Program-made: the position numbers and the translations under genes
Shown here: positions 8,395 to 16,073 of the stretch, one piece after another
How positions within the stretch are numbered: position 1 is the first letter of the stretch
Layout: each line of letters starts with the position of its first letter
IMG/VR virus record: IMGVR_UViG_3300025723_000025
Direction: 5' to 3' (one strand)
Length of the DNA: 20,834 nt
Origin: an uncultured virus (IMG/VR IMGVR_UViG_3300025723_000025)
Taxonomy: Duplodnaviria > Heunggongvirae > Uroviricota > Caudoviricetes
Notes under the pieces: model-generated
The model's input: only the letters and a program-made list of their open reading frames with translations
Told to the model about the DNA's origin: nothing
Database searches by the model: none

Positions 8395-8985
8395 ATGTCA
8401 GCAACTTCAGCTCCGTTTGGCTTGCGTCCTGCGTTCCATCCCTCCGGTTTGGATCGTGCTCAGGCGTTAGCTGGCGGCATTACATCGGGTTATGCAACCC
8501 AAATTCTTAAGGGCCAACCAGTTGCTTATTCAGCTTCTGCTGGTGTTATCGTTCCTGTTACTGCTAACAGCACCAATGCCGCATGGTCAGGTGCTTTCGC
8601 AGGTGTACAGTGGACTGATACTACTGGACGTGCTCGTGTGTCTAACTATTGGCCTGCAAACACTGCTTACACAGCAGGTACTTGCACAGCTTACTTCTAC
8701 AACGACAACAACATCGTTTATGAAATCCAAGCTGATGCTTCAATGGCTCAGACCACAATTGGTAACGAATATTTGTTCACCAATGTGACCAATGGTTCAT
8801 CTACTACAGGTTTGTCACAAGCAACTTTAGGTGCTTCGACTGCTGTTGGTAATGCAACTCAAGGTCAAATGCGTGTTGTTGACTTAGCACCATATGTCGA
8901 CAATGCATGGGGCGATTCATACACAATTGTACGAGTCGTAAACAGTAACTCACAAATGTTCGGTGCCTTCACCGCTTTTGCTTAA
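8395..8985 (+). CDS. Probable capsid decoration/cement protein
   Basis: 196 aa, rich in A/T/G/S, 'APFGLRP' start and 'G.F.G...D' motif. Immediately upstream of the MCP. RBS AGGAG. Confidence 0.65.
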   Translation: MSATSAPFGLRPAFHPSGLDRAQALAGGITSGYATQILKGQPVAYSASAGVIVPVTANSTNAAWSGAFAGVQWTDTTGRARVSNYWPANTAYTAGTCTAYFYNDNNIVYEIQADASMAQTTIGNEYLFTNVTNGSSTTGLSQATLGASTAVGNATQGQMRVVDLAPYVDNAWGDSYTIVRVVNSNSQMFGAFTAFA

Positions 8986-9001
8986 TCTAGGGAGCTAAAT
9001 C

Positions 9002-9916
9002 ATGGCCGCACCGATGAGAAGTACGGACTTCCGATCAATCGTTGAACCAATCCTCAACGAATGTTTCGATGGAGTTTATGACCAACGTGCAGACGAATGG
9101 AGCCGAGTATTCCGTGAGGAAGACGGTATTCCACGCAACTACCACGAAGAACCAGTCCTTTATGGATTTGGAGCCGCTCCACAATTGCCTGACGGTACAC
9201 CTGTTACCTATCAGCAAGGTGGCGTATTGTTCCTCAAGCGTTACCTATACAAAGTGTATGGCCTTGCCTTCGCTTTGACTAAGGTATTGGTTGAAGACGG
9301 CGACCATATTCGTATCGGTCAAGTATATGCACGTCACTTGGCACAATCCTTGGTGGAAACCAAAGAATTGTTAGCCGCTAACGTGTTAAATACAGCTTTC
9401 AACTCTGCCTATCCGGGCGGCGATGGCGTGTCTTTGATTAACACTGCACACCCAATCGTAAACGGTACATTCAGCAACCAGTTAGCTACAGCCGCTGTTC
9501 TGTCACAAACATCTTTAGAACAGATGTTGATTCAGATCCGTCAAGCAGTAGACAACAACGGTAAGCGTATTCGTTTGGTTCCACGTCAATTGATCGTGGC
9601 TCCGGGCAATATCTTCCAAGCTGAAGTATTGTTGAAATCTGTATTGCGTACTGGTAACGCAAACAACGACATCAACCCAATCAAGTCTATTGGCTTGCTT
9701 GACGAAGGTGCCGCTGTATTGTCACGTTTGACATCAGCAACTGCTTGGTGGGTTCAAACCGATGCTCCTGAAGGCTTTAAGCTTCTGATGCGTCGTCGTT
9801 TGGAGAAAACCATGGAAGGTGATTTCGAGACTGACACAATGCGTTACAAGGCTACTGAGCGTTACGATTTGGGCTTTACTGACCCACGTTGTGCGTACGG
9901 TACACCCGGTATCTAA
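9002..9916 (+). CDS. Major capsid protein (HK97 fold, Mu gpT-like group)
   Basis: 304 aa with 'EE....GFG.AP...G', 'TKE..AANVLN.AF', 'GGDGVSL..TAHP', 'LIV.P' and 'EGDFET...RYKATERY..G..DPR..YG.PG'. Followed by a terminator. Confidence 0.9.
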   Translation: MAAPMRSTDFRSIVEPILNECFDGVYDQRADEWSRVFREEDGIPRNYHEEPVLYGFGAAPQLPDGTPVTYQQGGVLFLKRYLYKVYGLAFALTKVLVEDGDHIRIGQVYARHLAQSLVETKELLAANVLNTAFNSAYPGGDGVSLINTAHPIVNGTFSNQLATAAVLSQTSLEQMLIQIRQAVDNNGKRIRLVPRQLIVAPGNIFQAEVLLKSVLRTGNANNDINPIKSIGLLDEGAAVLSRLTSATAWWVQTDAPEGFKLLMRRRLEKTMEGDFETDTMRYKATERYDLGFTDPRCAYGTPGI

Positions 9917-9924
9917 AGTTGTAT

Positions 9925-9951
9925 GGGTCGGCGTAAAAACCGACCCTTTTT
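9925..9951 (+). terminator. Rho-independent terminator after the MCP gene
   Basis: GGGTCGG-(8 nt)-CCGACCC stem followed by TTTTT. Confidence 0.85.
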
Positions 9952-9990
9952 AAAATTTATTTATGTCAAGCTTTTCAAGGAGAAGACAAA

Positions 9991-10968
9991 ATGCCACAAT
10001 TCGGTGATGATTTATTCTTAGGTGGAAATAGCGGTCAGACCTATATGGGTACTGGGCCACAATCAGCTACTTCCGTTTTTACAGGTTCTATTACAACTAC
10101 AACTTTGACTGTTAATGCTTTGTTGTCAGGCGACCCATTGGTTGTCGGTCAATACATTACTGGCTCAGGCGTAACAGCTAATACATACATTACAGCTTCA
10201 TTAGGTCAAAATTCTAGTGGACTCAACACATACACATTATCTGCTTCTACTACATCAGTAAGTTCAGTAACTATGTATGCCGCTGGTAATGCATTGTTAG
10301 GAGATCCATCCCCAATGTCTTTAGGTGTTGGCCCATTAGGTCGTATCTATATTTGGGACACAATTCCACAAACATTGCAAACAGCAAACGTAGCCGCTTC
10401 TCAAGCTCCAGCCGCATCAGGTTCGTTGACTTTGACAGCAGGTACATCTGCTAAGTCCATCGTTCGTCAAGATGGCACAACTGTTATCCAGTTGGACGTA
10501 CCTCGTGCATTGCAAGTTAACTCTTCAACCACTGCTCGTACATTCACAGTAAGCGGTTGGGATTACTATGGTCAGCCAATGACTGAAAGCATCGTTGTTG
10601 CTACTGCAGGCACACCTAAGTTTGGTAAAAAAGCTTGGTATCAAATCTCAAGCGTTACCATTTCAGGTTCTGCAACAGCCGTAACTGTTGGTACTACCGA
10701 CATTTTAGGTTCTCCAGTTCGTATTATTGATGGTGGATACATCATTGATCCGGGTTGGGCTGGTGCATTAGCTCCTGATACTGGAACATTCGTAGCCGCA
10801 GATACAACCAATCCTGCTACAAGCACAACTGGTGACGTTCGTGGTACTTACCAACCATCTTCAGCAACCAACGGTTCAAGCCGCTTAGTTATGTCGATTG
10901 CAGTTCCAGCTATCGCTGTAGGCCCTAATGCAACACGCACTGGTGCTCTTGGCGTAACCCAAGCTTAA
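9991..10968 (+). CDS. Virion structural protein (T/S/G/A-rich, possible head fibre or spike)
   Basis: 325 aa, beta-rich composition, directly after the MCP, RBS AAGGAG. Contains a fibre-type beta module ([12 protein letters not shown]...[10 protein letters not shown]). Confidence 0.65.
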   Translation: MPQFGDDLFLGGNSGQTYMGTGPQSATSVFTGSITTTTLTVNALLSGDPLVVGQYITGSGVTANTYITASLGQNSSGLNTYTLSASTTSVSSVTMYAAGNALLGDPSPMSLGVGPLGRIYIWDTIPQTLQTANVAASQAPAASGSLTLTAGTSAKSIVRQDGTTVIQLDVPRALQVNSSTTARTFTVSGWDYYGQPMTESIVVATAGTPKFGKKAWYQISSVTISGSATAVTVGTTDILGSPVRIIDGGYIIDPGWAGALAPDTGTFVAADTTNPATSTTGDVRGTYQPSSATNGSSRLVMSIAVPAIAVGPNATRTGALGVTQA

Positions 10969-10980
10969 TAGGAGACAAAA

Positions 10981-12867
10981 ATGTCTGAATTTAAACCAAT
11001 GGTAAAGATGTACACCGATGAGCCTTCAGTATCTTTGAAACTCAAAAAAGGTGGTAAGGTCAAAGCCAAGCATCACAAAGAAGGTGGTGAGCATCATGGT
11101 CATAAGAGCATGGAGCATCACGCTATGGGTGGTATGCATCACGCTTTTGAATCAGAGCATGGCAAAGCCCCTAAAAAGCCTTCAATGATGGAGCGTATGA
11201 AGGCAATGAACCCTAATCAGTACAAAAAGGGTGGCAAAGTTGCTCATAAGGTTATGGGTGGCGGTATGCCAATGGCTAATCCAGCAATGGATCCGGGTCG
11301 TGCTCCTATGACTCCAATGGGCCCTAAAGCAATTGGTGCAATGAATCCTATGCAACGTAATGCTCGTGCAATGGCTGTTCGCAAAGCACTTACAGGCATG
11401 AAAAAAGGTGGATCTGCTGACCATAAGATGATTGAGAAGCTTGAAAAAGAACTCCATCACCATGAGTCATTACCAATGTCTAAAGCCCATCACAAGGCTT
11501 CCGGCGGTGCTATCGATCGTGATGAAACTCGTACAACTATTGAAAAAGGCGTTAAGAAATTTGCCAAGACTAAAGTAGATGACGGTGATCATAAAGATCG
11601 TGCACATGGCACAGGAATGATTAAAGAAGGTCGTCCGGGTGGTTATGCCCATGGTGGTAAAGTTCATCGTATTTCAGGTCATCCTGAAGGTTCACATGAG
11701 CATCACAAAGCTATGGCTAAACATCACAAGAAAATGTGTGATGAAACTGGCTCTGCACACCATGCTCGCAAGTGCGAAGAGCACAAGCATATGGCTAAGA
11801 TGTGCAAAGGTGGTAGCTATGCCAAAGGTGGTACAACTGGTGATCGCACTCCTGCTGATACTCATGAGTCATATAACAAGGGTAAAACCAAGTTTGGTGG
11901 CACTATTGAGGACAACGAGCACGATTATGAAGATACTCAGATGCATTCTGCTAAACCTGATCGTGGACAAAAATCCACAGGTGGTGTAGCAATGAGTAAT
12001 GCTGGTGGCTTCAAGCATGGCGGCAAAATGCATCACAAAGCAACAGGTGGTGCAATTCCAGCGGCTACTGAGAAAAACAAGAGGGAAGGTCATTTTAAGC
12101 ATGATGCTGTAGAAGGCGGCGATTGGGAAAATCGTGCGGCTGATACAGCGACCGCTGGCGTTAAAAACACACGCACTGGAGAAGTAAAAGAATCCAATGC
12201 TGGTGGTTTTAAGCGTGGAGGTCATGCTTCAAAAAAGCACTACGCCACGGGCGGTAATGTTGTCGATGATGGTAAGGCAGTAAAAATGCCTCGTCATTTC
12301 GTCAGCCGTCCCGTGGCTAATAGCCTTCAGTCCGGTACTTTCAAGACTGGTGGTGGAGTAAAAAAGCTCGCTAAGGGTGGTCGTGCGGAGAAGGAGGAAA
12401 AACCCAACCTCCGGTTAATTTCTACGCACACAGGCCCTAAAGGCCATGTAGCAAAGGTTTATAAAGACAAGGATTGGGGTGAGCATCGTGTTCGGTTTTA
12501 TAGTCCTGAAGGAAAGCATTTTCCTGATTCCGACTATCACACCGATGATAAAGAAGATGCTCACGATACAGCCAAGTTTGCATTAAACCGTTACAAACAT
12601 GGTGGAAAGGCAAAGCGTTATGCTGATGGTGACTCAGTTGTTGATGATGCTCAAACAAGAGCAAACAACAAGGCATATGCCAACTGGGAGAAAAGTCAGA
12701 GAGAAGAGAACGAAGCAGATGCCAACATCATTCCAAACATGGTTAAACGTGGAGTGAGTGCTGTTAAAGGTTTGTTTGGTTCAAAGGCTCCTGAAAGCGT
12801 GACAAAGACTGAGAAATCAGTAACAGTTACGCCAGCTAAAAGACGTGGCGGCTCAATGAAGAGGTAA
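10981..12867 (+). CDS. His/Lys/Gly/Met-rich low-complexity protein with about 20 x-[AK]-x-GG-type motifs (putative internal virion protein or polyprotein)
   Basis: 628-aa ORF with RBS AGGAG, followed by a terminator. Repeated KKGG/KHGG/AKGG/ATGG motifs are visible in the translation. Confidence 0.75.
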   Translation: MSEFKPMVKMYTDEPSVSLKLKKGGKVKAKHHKEGGEHHGHKSMEHHAMGGMHHAFESEHGKAPKKPSMMERMKAMNPNQYKKGGKVAHKVMGGGMPMANPAMDPGRAPMTPMGPKAIGAMNPMQRNARAMAVRKALTGMKKGGSADHKMIEKLEKELHHHESLPMSKAHHKASGGAIDRDETRTTIEKGVKKFAKTKVDDGDHKDRAHGTGMIKEGRPGGYAHGGKVHRISGHPEGSHEHHKAMAKHHKKMCDETGSAHHARKCEEHKHMAKMCKGGSYAKGGTTGDRTPADTHESYNKGKTKFGGTIEDNEHDYEDTQMHSAKPDRGQKSTGGVAMSNAGGFKHGGKMHHKATGGAIPAATEKNKREGHFKHDAVEGGDWENRAADTATAGVKNTRTGEVKESNAGGFKRGGHASKKHYATGGNVVDDGKAVKMPRHFVSRPVANSLQSGTFKTGGGVKKLAKGGRAEKEEKPNLRLISTHTGPKGHVAKVYKDKDWGEHRVRFYSPEGKHFPDSDYHTDDKEDAHDTAKFALNRYKHGGKAKRYADGDSVVDDAQTRANNKAYANWEKSQREENEADANIIPNMVKRGVSAVKGLFGSKAPESVTKTEKSVTVTPAKRRGGSMKR

Positions 12868-12870
12868 TTA

Positions 12871-12898
12871 AGTCGGGGGGCTTCGGCTCCCCACTTTT
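12871..12898 (+). terminator. Rho-independent terminator
   Basis: GGGGGC-TTCG-GCTCCCC stem with a cUUCGg tetraloop, followed by ACTTTT. Confidence 0.8.
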
Positions 12899-12910
12899 AA
12901 AGGATAAATT

Positions 12911-13705
12911 ATGAGTAATGGAATTGTTTCATCAGTTACCCGTGGTGGTGCATATGAGCCATTTGATCTTCAAGTAGCTCGTGGTCAAATTTTAGGTCAC
13001 AGTATTGTTAGCGTGTTTGGATATAACGGCAACATTACATCGTCAACTGCACCAACAACTGCACCTATTCCAATGTGGGAAAACGCAACTGCGTATACAT
13101 TTCCGACATCTGCGGCAACTTTGACAGTTGTAAGTTCATCAGCATCTGACAATACTTCAGCATCTATTTTGATTAGTGGTTTAGATGCAAGCTATAACCC
13201 TCTTTCAGAAACATTGTTCTTGAATGGAACAGCCGCTGTAACTTCTGTAAATAGTTACTACAGAGTTAATAGTGTATTTATGGTATCTGCTGGTACAAGC
13301 CAAGTTACCAATGTAGGAACAATTACGTTTAAACAAGGTACAAATATTGTTGCCCAAATCAACCCTAAAGTTGGTAAAAATCAAGCAAGTATTTATTCTG
13401 TTCCTGCTGGATACACATTCTATTTAAATGAAGTAGAAGTTAATTCAGACAATACATTGGGTAGTGGTAATGGCATGTATTACAACGTACAGCAAACTGT
13501 AAATGGCGTGCAATACAATGTATTGACACAAGGTTTTAGCTCTGTTTATATAATCGATAGATCATCTGCACCATTTCCTTACCCACAAAAATCAGATATT
13601 CAATGGCAAATTGCTACAACTAGCTCAACAGCTATTTTGTCCGGAGCAATTATTATTGGTAAATTGATTCAGAACAACAACAATACAACTGGCGTAGGCA
13701 CTTAA
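12911..13705 (+). CDS. Probable virion structural protein (264 aa, beta-rich)
   Basis: RBS AAGGA. 'EPFDLQVARGQI.GH', 'WE....YTFP.SA' and 'IYSVPAGYTFYL'. Rich in S/T/N/V. Confidence 0.7.
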   Translation: MSNGIVSSVTRGGAYEPFDLQVARGQILGHSIVSVFGYNGNITSSTAPTTAPIPMWENATAYTFPTSAATLTVVSSSASDNTSASILISGLDASYNPLSETLFLNGTAAVTSVNSYYRVNSVFMVSAGTSQVTNVGTITFKQGTNIVAQINPKVGKNQASIYSVPAGYTFYLNEVEVNSDNTLGSGNGMYYNVQQTVNGVQYNVLTQGFSSVYIIDRSSAPFPYPQKSDIQWQIATTSSTAILSGAIIIGKLIQNNNNTTGVGT

Positions 13706-13707
13706 TC

Positions 13708-14013
13708 ATGCCAAGCAAATCCAAAGCTCAACATAATTTGATGGAAGCCGCCGCTCACACCAAGGGTGGATATGGTGGCGTACCTCAAAAAGTTGGTAAA
13801 GAATTTGCACAAGCAGATGAAGAAAAGAAGTTTAAAAGTGGCGGTTTGTATGAAAACATCCACCGAAAACAAGAAAGGATTAAACGTGAAAAAGCTAAAG
13901 GATTACCTGTTGAGCATATGCGTAAACCCGGTTCAAAGGGTGCTCCAACTAAAGACGCTTTTGTCCAATCTGCTAAAACAGCTAAGAAAAAAGTAGGCGG
14001 CTGTGTATGGTAA
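13708..14013 (+). CDS. Small basic protein (101 aa) with two modules joined by FKSGG
   Basis: Module 'MPSKSKAQHNLM.AAAH...GVPQKVGKEF', then module 'GLYENIH.K..RIK...MRKPGSKGAPT..AF..SAKTAKK'. Confidence 0.75.
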   Translation: MPSKSKAQHNLMEAAAHTKGGYGGVPQKVGKEFAQADEEKKFKSGGLYENIHRKQERIKREKAKGLPVEHMRKPGSKGAPTKDAFVQSAKTAKKKVGGCVW

Positions 14014-14264
14014 GCCCTATAAGCAAAACCACTAAAGGCAAAAAACGTCATTACCTTAGCACCAAAGAAGGTGCTGGTATGACCGAAGCTGGTCGTAAAG
14101 CTTACAATGCTAAAACTGGCAGTCATCTCAAAGCTCCACAACCCGAAGGGGGGTCGAGAAAAGACTCATTTTGTGCAAGAATGAGTGGAGTAGTAAAACA
14201 TGCAAGTGGTGATGCACCAAGGGCGAAAGCCTCATTAAAACGCTGGAAATGCCCCGGCTGGTAA
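14007..14264 (+). CDS. Small basic phage protein (DUF6321-like, tentative)
   Basis: 'G.T.AGRKAYN.KTGS.LKAPQPEGG.RKDSFCARM.G...A.L.RWKC' is a recognisable small phage family. Overlaps the upstream stop codon. Confidence 0.7.
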   Translation: MVSPISKTTKGKKRHYLSTKEGAGMTEAGRKAYNAKTGSHLKAPQPEGGSRKDSFCARMSGVVKHASGDAPRAKASLKRWKCPGW

Positions 14265-14274
14265 GGAGAAAATA

Positions 14275-14604
14275 ATGCCAACAAACGGTGATGATTTATT
14301 AAAAAAAATTCAAGATTTAAGAAAATCAGGTAAAGATTTAGATTCCGGTTTCTATCGTGATGTATCTCCACAGCCTAATGAAGCATTAAATAAAGCAATT
14401 GGTGCTCCTAAAGGCACAATTATGAAGCCAGTACCTATGCCTTCTTATGAACCTGATCCAAATGAAATGGTTGATTTTCCCGGTATTGGAAAAGTGCGTC
14501 GTGGAAACATTAAAGGTTTGAAACAAGGTGGAAAAATTAGCTTAGACCATTGCAAGGTAAATACTGCTGAAAGCAAAAACTCTAAACACAAAAATTGCTG
14601 GTGA
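14275..14604 (+). CDS. Hypothetical protein (109 aa)
   Basis: RBS AAGGAG. Contains LKQGGKI near the C-terminus. Confidence 0.7.
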   Translation: MPTNGDDLLKKIQDLRKSGKDLDSGFYRDVSPQPNEALNKAIGAPKGTIMKPVPMPSYEPDPNEMVDFPGIGKVRRGNIKGLKQGGKISLDHCKVNTAESKNSKHKNCW

Positions 14605-14612
14605 GGTAACCA

Positions 14613-15686
14613 ATGGCTTACAGCGGAACGGTAGGACAGACTGTAGTTACAGTACAGAATTTTATTGATCAAGGTGCCCGTTTAGCTGGCAAGCTTGCGG
14701 AAGAGCTCACTGTTGAACAAGTGCAGGGCTCCAAGCAAGCTTTGTTTTTTGTTTTAAGCAACCTAATTAACCAAGGTATTAACTATTGGGCAATCAATAA
14801 ACAGGTCTATGGCCTGATTCCTGACCAATATGAGTATTTACTACCAGTAGGTGGCGTTGACGTATTGAACGCCCTTTATCGCACGATGACACGCCCTTCA
14901 GGAGCGTATTCATCCAGTGCAGGGGGAACGGTGTCAAACATCTATGACAACAATACTCAAACCTATTGCCAACAAACATCCCCAAACGGATATTTTTCTG
15001 TCAATTACGGTACTAATAACTCACAGTACATTGGCTCCATTGGATTTATGCCATATATCGCTGGTGGCGGTTCTTCCACATGGAACTATTACCTACAGTA
15101 CTCCTACGATGGAACCAATTGGGTAAACCTGTATACAGGCACCAACGTAGCTGTGACTGATGGACAGTGGATTTGGCAAGATATTGATCCGGGTGCAACT
15201 GCTCAGTACTACAGAATGCAGGCGTTTAATGGCACAACTTTGGCCTTGCGTGAGCTCTACTTTGGCGATAATTCAACCGAAGTGACCATGTCTCGCCTTA
15301 ATCGTGATGACTATACAAACCTGCCAAACAAGAATTTCAATGCCAATCAGCCTTATCAATATTGGTTAAACCGCACAATTCCACAGGCAAAAATCACTTT
15401 ATGGCCTGCTCCATCTAATGCGTTTGTACAAATGACTATTTGGTATTCACGCCAAATCATGGACGTAGGTGATTTGAATGGTCAATTGGAGATCCCACAG
15501 CGTTGGAATCAGGCTATTCAATTCCTATTGGCCCATCAGATGAGCATGATTTTGCCTGCTGTTGAGCTGACTAGAATTCAGTATTTGGACACACAAGCCC
15601 AGCTATATTTCACTATGGCTGAAAACGAAGAGCGTGATAAGTCTCCGATTTACTTTGCTCCTAACATTTCTGTGTACACAAGATAA
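14613..15686 (+). CDS. Head-tail adaptor / tail tubular-type protein with inserted discoidin (F5/8 type C)-like domain
   Basis: N-terminal helices (I..G.RLAG...L..VLSNL.N.G.N.W) and C-terminal 'R.DY.NLPNK...P.Q.W..R......LWP.P...P.RW..A....LA' are typical of adaptors. Middle part has 'LQYSYDGTNW', 'YYRM' and 'LRELYF'. RBS GAGG. Confidence 0.7.
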   Translation: MAYSGTVGQTVVTVQNFIDQGARLAGKLAEELTVEQVQGSKQALFFVLSNLINQGINYWAINKQVYGLIPDQYEYLLPVGGVDVLNALYRTMTRPSGAYSSSAGGTVSNIYDNNTQTYCQQTSPNGYFSVNYGTNNSQYIGSIGFMPYIAGGGSSTWNYYLQYSYDGTNWVNLYTGTNVAVTDGQWIWQDIDPGATAQYYRMQAFNGTTLALRELYFGDNSTEVTMSRLNRDDYTNLPNKNFNANQPYQYWLNRTIPQAKITLWPAPSNAFVQMTIWYSRQIMDVGDLNGQLEIPQRWNQAIQFLLAHQMSMILPAVELTRIQYLDTQAQLYFTMAENEERDKSPIYFAPNISVYTR

Positions 15687-16072
15687 TGCCTAAATGGTTA
15701 AACACAACTGGCAACGCAGTAATAGCAATCTTCATTTGCGATCGATGCAAGATGAAGAGGGCCATTACTGAGGCCATGCCTGACCCCAATTTTCCGGGTC
15801 TAAAAGTGTGTCAACAGGGATGTGCGGATCAGAAAGACCCTTACAGACTACCTGCTCGTAAAACTGAGCGTATCAATTTACAATATCCAAGACCTGACCT
15901 CAGTGTTGCGGCAGATGATGCTGGATTAGTAATTGGCCCTAACGATACAAGCATACCGGGCGGTAATCCAAGCGAATTCTATATCAGCACTGAAAACGGG
16001 ACTGCGGTACCACAGCAAGATGGCAATACAGACATAATTTCACCAAGCCCTAATTCACCGACGAGCCAATAA
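15686..16072 (+). CDS. Small Cys-rich virion-module protein (CxxC...CxxxC)
   Basis: 'ICDRC.....GL.VC..GC.D..DP....RPD'. TAATG coupling to the adaptor gene. Confidence 0.75.
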   Translation: MPKWLNTTGNAVIAIFICDRCKMKRAITEAMPDPNFPGLKVCQQGCADQKDPYRLPARKTERINLQYPRPDLSVAADDAGLVIGPNDTSIPGGNPSEFYISTENGTAVPQQDGNTDIISPSPNSPTSQ

Positions 16073-16073
16073 T

